Positions 39,787 through 47,315 of a stretch of 64,000 nucleotides of DNA are shown here, piece by piece; the stretch's first letter is position 1; every line of letters starts with the position of its first letter. Where the stretch lies: positions 28,596 through 92,595 of the IMG/VR virus record IMGVR_UViG_3300027822_000001; one strand, given 5' to 3'. Below the pieces are notes generated by a model, which saw nothing but the letters and a program-made list of their open reading frames with translations, did not search any database and was not told where the DNA came from. The position numbers were made by a program, and so were the translations under genes. This DNA is from a virus.

Positions 39787-40071
39787 TTAAATTTTTGTTT
39801 TTAATTCTTTTACTATGCCAGTACTGAAATAGAATATTATGACATATTTAAGTAAGCTCTCTATGCTTGTTAGATAACAACTCTCGGTTCCCGCAACTAT
39901 AACTAGAATGTAAAGAGCTGTTAAAGTTATTAATAAAATTACTCTGAAGAACCCTCTTGGAAGATTCATTGTTTCTTTTGTGTTTAATATTGCTTTCTTG
40001 TTGTATCTTTTGTAAAAGATGAGTATAACAATAGTAACAACTATAAACCATACTAATGGTATTAGTGTCAT
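39787..40071 (-). CDS. membrane protein (about 3 TM helices)
   Basis: Three hydrophobic segments. Confidence 0.65.
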   Translation of the reverse strand: MTLIPLVWFIVVTIVILIFYKRYNKKAILNTKETMNLPRGFFRVILLITLTALYILVIVAGTESCYLTSIESLLKYVIIFYFSTGIVKELKTKI

Positions 40072-40114
40072 TCTTTTATAATTTATTTAAATATTGTTCA
40101 ATTTAATATATATT

Positions 40115-40417
40115 TTATAAGTTATACTCTTTACGTTTCCTATAAAGTGTCCTTTCAGAGGCACTCAATAAACTAGCAGCTTCTTTTAGTGTTCTTGTTA
40201 TAGACATTGCGTACTCTATTCTATATTTCTCAGAAGATAATAATTTACTCTCATGCTCTTCTAACGACTTTGAAAGATTCATAGTTTTTACATCAAACTG
40301 TACTTCAAATCTTAACTTTTCAAGTTCCTTTTTTACTTCTTGTAGTTTTTTAGTTGCTTCATGAATGACTTCTTCATTGAAATCAAGCCTTTGTAAGCAA
40401 TATTCTTTAACTTCCAT
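40115..40417 (-). CDS. Fis-type (HTH_8) DNA-binding protein
   Basis: C-terminal EAASLLSASERTLYRKRKEYNL. Confidence 0.75.
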   Translation of the reverse strand: MEVKEYCLQRLDFNEEVIHEATKKLQEVKKELEKLRFEVQFDVKTMNLSKSLEEHESKLLSSEKYRIEYAMSITRTLKEAASLLSASERTLYRKRKEYNL

Positions 40418-40487
40418 ATTCTTAGTTTAAATTAGAATTAATTGTTTTTTATAGTAGTATTGCTCTACATAAGGACTACTCCTTTAT

Positions 40488-40522
40488 AAAAATAGCTGTA
40501 ACCTTTATTAGAGGTTACAGCT
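40488..40522 (-). terminator. Rho-independent terminator
   Basis: Perfect 11-bp stem AGCTGTAACCT/AGGTTACAGCT followed by ATTTTT on the minus strand. Confidence 0.75.
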
Positions 40523-40595
40523 CAAAAGACCGAACAACAGTTCTTGTGGTATGTAAGTTCGGTACATGCTAAAAATGTGCATATTATATATTTTT

Positions 40596-40865
40596 TTAAA
40601 AGAGTTCTTTCTCAAGCTCTTTGATAGCTTTTATACCATTTTTATAGCCTTCAATAAGTTCTATGACAGAAATTATCTTAGAAACTGATAGCACTTCCGC
40701 TGATTTTAACGCTTTTAAGCTGTGTTCTTCTTGACTTAAGGATAATTCTGTTTCCAATAAGTCTTTTTGTAACTGTAGTTGGTCTTGTTTTACTTGAAAT
40801 TTTACAGCCTCTTCTTGGTTGTTGCCCTGATTCATTAATAATTCTAATCTTTTCATTTTGTTCAT
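40596..40865 (-). CDS. helical hypothetical protein overlapping the upstream gene
   Basis: 89-aa coiled coil ending ELF, followed by a terminator. Confidence 0.7.
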   Translation of the reverse strand: MNKMKRLELLMNQGNNQEEAVKFQVKQDQLQLQKDLLETELSLSQEEHSLKALKSAEVLSVSKIISVIELIEGYKNGIKAIKELEKELF

Positions 40866-41595
40866 TTTTATATGTTAATAATTGTTTAAACTTTTCGAAA
40901 GTATAGTGCTTAGTAGTAACACTTTGTCTAGAAGTACATATTTCGAGACCATCAATCACTCCATAAACACTATTGCCAAGAATATAACCTTCCCAGCTGA
41001 TAAGATACTTAATATTGTTGTCTTTACATAATTGTTTATATTCTCGTATATTTTTACCATCAATTTCTGATACTAGAAAGTTTTCTTTATCAAAACTTAA
41101 AAAATCTTTAGTAACTTCAAGATGCTCAAGTCTATCATCAATTTTATATCCTAATTTTATTTCTTCCTCTGTGGCGTATTGTAAACTACATATACCATAT
41201 TTTGCTGCTCTATAAGCACCATAAGAGCTAAGATTCCAATCTACATATACCCAATTTCTTTCTAAAGCTTCATCTGTAATGGTACCTACTAATTTTTTAC
41301 CCTTATAGGTATCTTGATTTCCAAAATTCCAACTTCCTTCATTTCTTACTACTTTTGCTCCAACATCTTTAAACATTACTGGTTTGCCTGCTCTGTGTTT
41401 TCTAAGCCACTCATAAAATGGTTTGAAATTTCCTTGGTTTACTTCTAACCAAATATTATTTCCTTGCAGAGTTTCACTCCAACTAAGTGCCATTCCTAGT
41501 GAGCCATCCGGCTTTTTATAGGGCACTGATATACTTTTACCTAATTCATCAGTAATGTAATCTTGTATGTCTTGTGGTAAATCTTCTATTTTCAT
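40678..41595 (-). CDS. protein containing a MIB/HERC2-like domain
   Basis: aa ~78-141 GAKVVR...W.FGNQD...GTI...WVYVDW....YR...G...L. Confidence 0.7.
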   Translation of the reverse strand: MKIEDLPQDIQDYITDELGKSISVPYKKPDGSLGMALSWSETLQGNNIWLEVNQGNFKPFYEWLRKHRAGKPVMFKDVGAKVVRNEGSWNFGNQDTYKGKKLVGTITDEALERNWVYVDWNLSSYGAYRAAKYGICSLQYATEEEIKLGYKIDDRLEHLEVTKDFLSFDKENFLVSEIDGKNIREYKQLCKDNNIKYLISWEGYILGNSVYGVIDGLEICTSRQSVTTKHYTFEKFKQLLTYKNEQNEKIRIINESGQQPRRGCKISSKTRPTTVTKRLIGNRIILKSRRTQLKSVKISGSAISF

Positions 41596-42035
41596 AACTT
41601 ATTTTGTATTACTTTAATAATTTTAATATCTTTTATTATGTTACCAGCAAATATTTCTGCAGCTCCATAATATCCGGTGTAAATTTCTCCAGTTAATGTA
41701 ACTTTTACAATTGCTATATTATAAGTATCATTTGGAGTGAAGCCACTTAGTCTTAGCACCCAATGCATTTCTCTTTTAGTCCTAAATATTCCTGTTAATC
41801 CATTAAAATATTTATTATATATTTTATAGATTTTCCAAGTTGGTGCTGCCCTTACATTAGCCCAAGGGTCTTTTACTATAGTTGTACAAATAGTAGGGGC
41901 TTCTTTTATCTTTTCGTTTAAAATATATTTTTGTCCTGTAAAAGTAGAATAAAACTCTCCTGTTTTAATATCAACAGCTATTATTTTGTACCCTTTTACT
42001 TCTTTTCTTCTTGTTTGTCCTGTTATTTCACACAT
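41592..42035 (-). CDS. hypothetical protein
   Basis: 147 aa; GYK...FYS...Y pattern common in phage proteins. Confidence 0.7.
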   Translation of the reverse strand: MCEITGQTRRKEVKGYKIIAVDIKTGEFYSTFTGQKYILNEKIKEAPTICTTIVKDPWANVRAAPTWKIYKIYNKYFNGLTGIFRTKREMHWVLRLSGFTPNDTYNIAIVKVTLTGEIYTGYYGAAEIFAGNIIKDIKIIKVIQNKL

Positions 42036-42055
42036 AACTTTAATTTTTTGTTTTA

Positions 42056-42295
42056 TTAGTTAATTAAATATTTTATAGGAATAAAATAAGAAGAAGAGGC
42101 ATCAGTGCTAAGGTTTAAAACAGCTTCTTTTTCAAACCAATCTTCTTCCATCAACTCTTGTACTTCAGGCCATTCTACTAATGTATAACTATCTTTAATC
42201 ATCAATAAAGCATTATTAATGCTAGTCATTGTGTTTGTTTCACTTTTAAAGCACTCAAATGTTGCTTGTCCTATTGTTTCTAAGAAATCTTTCAT
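42056..42295 (-). CDS. hypothetical protein
   Basis: WPEVQELMEEDWF...SSYFIP. Confidence 0.7.
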   Translation of the reverse strand: MKDFLETIGQATFECFKSETNTMTSINNALLMIKDSYTLVEWPEVQELMEEDWFEKEAVLNLSTDASSSYFIPIKYLIN

Positions 42296-42328
42296 TGTTT
42301 ACTTTATTTTGATTAATATTTTTATATT

Positions 42329-42780
42329 AAACTCCGTATCAATAGGAGTTTCCGCACAATTAGTCTATATAGTGGTTTGTCATAATAAATTATGAACTAC
42401 CATATAAACTATACGATACAAGTTTTATATTACTTGTAAAGGCTAAATAAATGAAATCATATCTCCGCTTTTAAAGGTTATATTACTAATCACCTGTTAT
42501 ATGTTAACCGGTTCAGGAGCTGTGCATTGTTTCTGTGCCACAAAATGGTAGCTATCTCCATTTGCTTCAGATGTAACCTTCCTCTAATGCAACATTAGAC
42601 TTATGCATGTTTTGATTTATTAGCTGCCTACAATTACAGATAGAGGACTGGTCTTAACCACATTTCAATACTTGTAATTGTAGTATCATTACCTTAATTA
42701 AAGGTATGAGTATAAATGTATTTTATAAAATGCCCGTCTTTCCGAGCTGTCACCTTACAAAGCATATCCACCAATGGATA
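42329..42780. ncRNA. candidate structured non-coding RNA region
   Basis: About 450 nt without a long ORF, containing many perfect hairpins. Confidence 0.35.
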
Positions 42781-42826
42781 CCTAACTACCTGTTTTGGCT
42801 ATTATGAAGCTATCGACACTTCAATA

Positions 42827-43111
42827 CTATAAGGATTTGAGGAATCGAACCTCTCTTATTTTCATAATTAAATTTTTCATAGATTTTTTAATTATGTTTT
42901 TAATATGTTTATTCTTAAATTTTTCATACGTCGGATGTTGTTTAGGCTTATATCCGAAACATTTTATTCGTTTTATTTTTTTAAATAGTTTATGTTGTAC
43001 ATAATAGTAGTCACTAAATGCTAAACCTTCCTAAACAGACCATTTTGCATCTGTATGGTCAAGTACTTTCCACATTATGAGTGAATCTTTATGTTCATAT
43101 CTTGGTTTCAT
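42827..43111 (-). pseudogene. 94-codon gene interrupted by an in-frame TAG at codon 27
   Basis: MKPRYEH...KWSV*EGLAFSDYYY...KCFGYKPKQHPTY...; TAG at 43031-43033. Confidence 0.6.
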
Positions 43112-43119
43112 AAATAGTT

Positions 43120-43527
43120 TTATACTTTAATTAATTCTAATGCTTCATATAATCCTTTTTCAAGAGCTTCTTCATATTTATTAAATTCAGGTTCATTATG
43201 AGATAAAGTAAAGTATTCTCCTATATGTAATATTCTATAATAGAATATTTTATAAGGAGTAGCAGATGATATAGAAATGTCAATATGAATATTATGTTTT
43301 TCTCTTAACCATTTTTGAAGTAATGATTGTGTTGGTATTGTGCATGAAAATGGTATTCTTTTATAAAAAGGGTGGCTATCAATATGCCTGTTAGACATAG
43401 AAGAATCCATTCTATATCCGGCATATTGATTCGCTTGTTCTCCATCATTCCACATTGCGCATTCCCAATCAAAACCTTTCTCTTTAGCTAATTTAGCTGT
43501 TTTGAATGTTATTAGTTGTTCTTTCAT
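43120..43527 (-). CDS. hypothetical protein, paralog family B
   Basis: MKEQLITFKTAKLAKEKGFD...PTQSLLQKWLREKH...YEEALEKGL. Confidence 0.8.
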   Translation of the reverse strand: MKEQLITFKTAKLAKEKGFDWECAMWNDGEQANQYAGYRMDSSMSNRHIDSHPFYKRIPFSCTIPTQSLLQKWLREKHNIHIDISISSATPYKIFYYRILHIGEYFTLSHNEPEFNKYEEALEKGLYEALELIKV

Positions 43528-43539
43528 TATATTAAAAGT

Positions 43540-43725
43540 TTATAATTGATAATCATGTTTTGAGGCAATTGTTCTTAGTTCTTCTGCTTTTTCTTGAAAA
43601 TCATCATCAGAATACGCATGAGATTTATTATATTGTTCTCTCTGTAAATTTTCAAATTTCATACCTTCAATTTCAGCTTGTATTGCTAAAACTCCTGCTA
43701 ATCTTTTTACATCATATTCATTCAT
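43540..43725 (-). CDS. hypothetical protein
   Basis: 61-aa ORF. Confidence 0.7.
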   Translation of the reverse strand: MNEYDVKRLAGVLAIQAEIEGMKFENLQREQYNKSHAYSDDDFQEKAEELRTIASKHDYQL

Positions 43726-43742
43726 AATATTAAAATTTTAAT

Positions 43743-44021
43743 TTAATTAGCTTCAATTAAATCTTCAGGTCTAATTCTAAAAACATCATAGTTACCTAAA
43801 AATGGCATATCTTCGTTTGTTTTTCTACAAGTAATCGTAACAGTTCCATCCTCTTCTTCTTCATATGAAATAGGACTATATCTGTTATTTATATCATCTT
43901 CAATTTGTCCCATTCTATAACTTTTCCATGGTACTATCTCTTGAGCTACTCTTCTAACATTTTCTGGTCTTTCTGCTAACCAATCTTCCCATCCTTGTTT
44001 TTGCTCTGTTGTTAATCTCAT
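43743..44021 (-). CDS. hypothetical protein
   Basis: 92 aa, WLAERP...PW..Y pattern. Confidence 0.7.
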   Translation of the reverse strand: MRLTTEQKQGWEDWLAERPENVRRVAQEIVPWKSYRMGQIEDDINNRYSPISYEEEEDGTVTITCRKTNEDMPFLGNYDVFRIRPEDLIEAN

Positions 44022-44052
44022 TTTATTTAATTTAACATCTTTTATTTGAATA

Positions 44053-44181
44053 TTAATAATTATTGTAATCTAATCTCATTATGTCGTCTAACATTTCAGA
44101 TAGATTGTTTTTTAGTTTCTCCGCTTATGTATATTTTTGTGATTTGTATAAATGCATCATTCTATCAACTTCAAAAATCAT
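44053..44181 (-). pseudogene. small gene interrupted by an in-frame TAA
   Basis: MIFEVDRMMHLYKSQKYT*AEKLKNNLSEMLDDIMRLDYNNY; TAA at 44125-44127. Confidence 0.4.
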
Positions 44182-44365
44182 AATATTTAAATTAGTTAGT
44201 AATGATATAGTTATTAAAATATTAATCAATTTAAGCAAGAAGATATGTTCTCAAAATATCCTTTACTTATTTTTATACTGTTAAGTTATTTTACCATTAT
44301 TAATAATTGTTTTTGAGAAGCAACTTTCATAATGTTAGGTAAAATACACGCAACTACCTTAACTC

Positions 44366-44604
44366 TGACCCTTATTCGACATCTCATCGAATTAGCAGAT
44401 TGATTAATATATATGCATATAAACATATTTGTTTATTAGCACCCTCTTGTCTTCCAACACATAGTGAGTAAGATAAGTAGGGTCACGCAATTAAATTAAT
44501 TGCTTGCTGAGAACTCATTTGTGTTGTAATAGATTCATGTACTATTCTTTTTGACACTTCTTTCTCAAGGAAGCAACACATCCAACATTACTGCTGGCAT
44601 CTTT
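44366..44604 (-). ncRNA. candidate structured RNA with a GNRA hairpin and a pseudoknot
   Basis: CCAGCA-GUAA-UGUUGG; UGUGUUG/CAACACA; loop UGAGAA complementary to downstream UUCUCA. Confidence 0.45.
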
Positions 44605-44774
44605 ATGTAAAATATAATTAAAGCTGTAACATATTTCATTTACAATTTAAATGCGAAGGATAACCTGTAGTCACTTTCCTTACATACTTTAATAGACCTA
44701 CAGACCTAATCTGTTTCTTTTTACAAAGGTATTCAATGTTTAACCTTATATTTATGTAATTATCTTATTTCTTT

Positions 44775-44821
44775 AAAATAGTAGCAACGAACTACAACTG
44801 ACCGCAGTTCGCTCTACTATT
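44775..44821 (-). terminator. long hairpin, probable terminator
   Basis: AATAGTAG..CGAACTGCGG-TCAG-TTGTAGTTCG..CTACTATT then TT; G-U pairs favour the minus strand. Confidence 0.5.
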
Positions 44822-44902
44822 AGTTATTTCCATCCTCAACAACTCTTCTGAGTTTAAAACACCAAGATGGTTTTGCCTACTTAAAGGCGGCTGATAAAAT
44901 AC

Positions 44903-45094
44903 TTATAAGTTTGATTTTTTATCTTCTAAGTATTTTACTATTTCTTCTGCTTTCATTAAAGCATATGTTCTCTGTTGTGTAAATGTTCCTGCAGTTTGAG
45001 GTAATGGTAATTCTATTATTGAATCATCTGTTTCAAAATCATCCTCTTTTCTTTGGATTGCATCAGCAATCTTGTATACTAGTTTTATATTCAT
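44903..45094 (-). CDS. hypothetical protein
   Basis: 63-aa ORF. Confidence 0.6.
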   Translation of the reverse strand: MNIKLVYKIADAIQRKEDDFETDDSIIELPLPQTAGTFTQQRTYALMKAEEIVKYLEDKKSNL

Positions 45095-45266
45095 GTGCTA
45101 TTACATTAAACTCCAATGAGCTTATAGTGTACATAAAACAGAACTTCTTTATTGCTCTGCTTTCTGATGTTGCATAAACAACATCTGATATTTCTGTACC
45201 AAATACTTTCGCTTTAACTTCGTATATTTTCATGACTGTATAGTTTAAATTAATAAAAACTCTCAC
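45063..45266 (-). CDS. hypothetical protein (start probably at the internal MKIYEV)
   Basis: Short ORF overlapping the next gene. Confidence 0.55.
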   Translation of the reverse strand: MRVFINLNYTVMKIYEVKAKVFGTEISDVVYATSESRAIKKFCFMYTISSLEFNVIAHEYKTSIQDC

Positions 45267-45466
45267 TCTATTTGTTTATTTATGAACTTCTTCAAATACT
45301 GATGAGTGGGAGTAGGAATTACCACTAAACTATTAGAATAGCTTAGATGATAATATTGTTAAAAACCCTCACTTAAGAATAGATTGATAAATCATCTACT
45401 ACCAGGGAAAGTGAGGGTATATATTATTACTTGAAAGGTCACTACTCTTTCACCAGTGTAATAATA

Positions 45467-45655
45467 CTATTTTTCTTGCATACTTTGTTCTAGTTTTGTA
45501 ATCCAATCTATGTTACCTTCGTACCATCTTTGAAAGGTCATATCTATATCTTTAGGTAATACTGCCAAAGCGTTTCCATTATAAAAAGCTCTATAAAGAG
45601 CATTTTTTAATTTGTTTTTTGCTCCTCTCACTTTTATTTCTTTTGTTGTGCTCAT
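45467..45655 (-). CDS. hypothetical protein
   Basis: 62-aa ORF. Confidence 0.6.
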   Translation of the reverse strand: MSTTKEIKVRGAKNKLKNALYRAFYNGNALAVLPKDIDMTFQRWYEGNIDWITKLEQSMQEK

Positions 45656-45704
45656 TTCTTTAATATTTAGTTAGTATTGCTTCGATTAGTTAAATCATTT
45701 CCTC

Positions 45705-46343
45705 CTAGCTTTTAATAGGTAAAACTAATCCTTCTGGTTTTACATAATACTTGAATACTTTATCAAGCTGTTTTACATCTTTTAAAATATAATAATAACA
45801 CTCATCATTTCCTTCAGTATAATGTAATTCTCTTTTTTCAGCTTCTTTCTTTTCTATGCCTATACGAATAACATCTATGTAAAATCGTTTGGGCTTAAGT
45901 GGTAATTTTATAATTTGTGAACTATTAATTAATTGAAAACCTTTATTGTCAATATATACACTTCCAGCAAAAGCATCCCATTCTTTTTCTCCCTGCCAAG
46001 TAATAGCATCTAAGAAGTATGGTTTTCCATCTTCATCCTCTTTAAACACAGAACTTAATCTATTATTTTGAAAACATTGTTCTCCAATGTGCATTTCTGA
46101 GACATCATTCCATTCTTCATCAATTCCTGTTATATCACAGAGTGGTTCTTGTAAGCAAAGCTTTTTAACTGCTTCTGAGATTGCTCTTGCTGTGTATGGA
46201 GCAGAGCCACCACTTTGTCCACTTTCATTAAATTTAGTCACTAATGCAAGTATTTCTTTTTCAAAGGGAGCTATTATTGCTTCTTTAACTGTTTTGTTAA
46301 GTATTTCAAACTCTCTTACTGCTCATTTATTTAAATATTTCAT
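45705..46343 (-). pseudogene. phage protein gene whose N-terminus is interrupted by an in-frame TGA at codon 7
   Basis: ATG at 46343 is in frame with the 45705-46241 ORF: MKYLNK*AVREFEILNK...ILALVTKFNESGQSGGSAP; TGA at 46323-46325. Confidence 0.6.
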
Positions 46344-46767
46344 TGTTTTATATTTGTATTATTATTAGAATATATTTTTAGTTTGTTGTTTTTATTACTT
46401 TCATTACTTTATTTATATCTCTTTTATACGTTTATTCCTAATATGTTATAAAAATGTAGATACAAACTTTAAGATTTACTGTAAGAGTTTGTGTTGGAGT
46501 ATCAACTATCTCTTAGGAGAGGATTGGTTGGTGTGGTGGGGTTGGGTGATGATGATTCATTAGAGGTGGAGCTCTGCCACTCCACCACCCACAATCCCAA
46601 CAACTATTTTTTCAACCCCACTTCCTACTATTCCTTCTTTTCTTTTCTCTCTACTACTTAGCTTGTACTTATATTAGTTAAAGCTAGAGTAATAGCAAAT
46701 AATCTTTTTATAACTCCACCACCAACCTCAATCACATTCATTCTTTCAATCCTCATCCCCTCAACAA

Positions 46768-46938
46768 CTATGTTCCTTGTATTGAGTTTGAGTTGTTGTC
46801 ATCATCGTAATAAAAAGACCAGACTATAAGAGCTGCTCCAACAATAATATCAATAGTTGCCATAGCTATTGAATACTTATATGTAAAGGCTGCCACTATG
46901 AACTCAGCAACCCCCCAAACTAATAGAACTTTCCGCAT
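46768..46938 (-). CDS. 56-aa two-TM microprotein (not in the ORF track)
   Basis: MRKVLLVWGVAEFIVAAF...IDIIVGAALIVWSFYYDDD... Confidence 0.6.
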   Translation of the reverse strand: MRKVLLVWGVAEFIVAAFTYKYSIAMATIDIIVGAALIVWSFYYDDDNNSNSIQGT

Positions 46939-46940
46939 AG

Positions 46941-47093
46941 CTAATCCTCCTTATTTATAATAACTGGAACAAGAACTCCCGTTGCTATTAGCATTGCTAC
47001 TCCTAAATAGAAGTAGTGCCCATTAAAACATACTATAGCAGCAATTAAGAAAAAGATTGCTACCAATAACACTGCAATTTGTGTACTATTCAT
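46941..47093 (-). CDS. 50-aa two-TM microprotein (not in the ORF track)
   Basis: MNSTQIAVLLVAIFFLIAAIVCF...YLGVAMLIATGVLVPVIINKED. Confidence 0.6.
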   Translation of the reverse strand: MNSTQIAVLLVAIFFLIAAIVCFNGHYFYLGVAMLIATGVLVPVIINKED

Positions 47094-47278
47094 AATTTAT
47101 TTATTTAAGAAAGCCAAGCTATCCAACCCCTTTTGATTATCGGGTAGGACTTTGTACTTAAGTTGCCTCACAAGCTATTGTGTGGATACTTGACTTTGTG
47201 GTTACTGTTTATAAAACTGCTATTGTTGAAGAGCAGCAGCTATTACTCTACATAAAAAATATACATGACATGCTGGTA

Positions 47279-47307
47279 TAAAATAGAACCCTAAATTAAT
47301 AGGGTTC
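47279..47307 (-). terminator. terminator after the first minus-strand gene
   Basis: 8-bp stem GAACCCTA/TAGGGTTC followed by TATTTT on the minus strand. Confidence 0.65.
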
Positions 47308-47315
47308 CAATAAGA

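Noticed and set aside
42839-42853. Second T-arm-like hairpin GAGG-TTCGATT-CCTC as part of a tRNA
   Set aside because: No matching acceptor, D or anticodon arms found, and it lies inside the 42827-43111 reading frame
45266-45330. Active hammerhead ribozyme
   Set aside because: The essential GAAA reads TAAA, stem III does not form, and it is antisense to the local genes; kept only as a low-interest finding
46946-46952. Strong Shine-Dalgarno AAGGAGG implying a non-Bacteroidota host
   Set aside because: It is isolated and encodes the K-E-D end of the upstream ORF; most other starts have A/T-rich leaders without an SD
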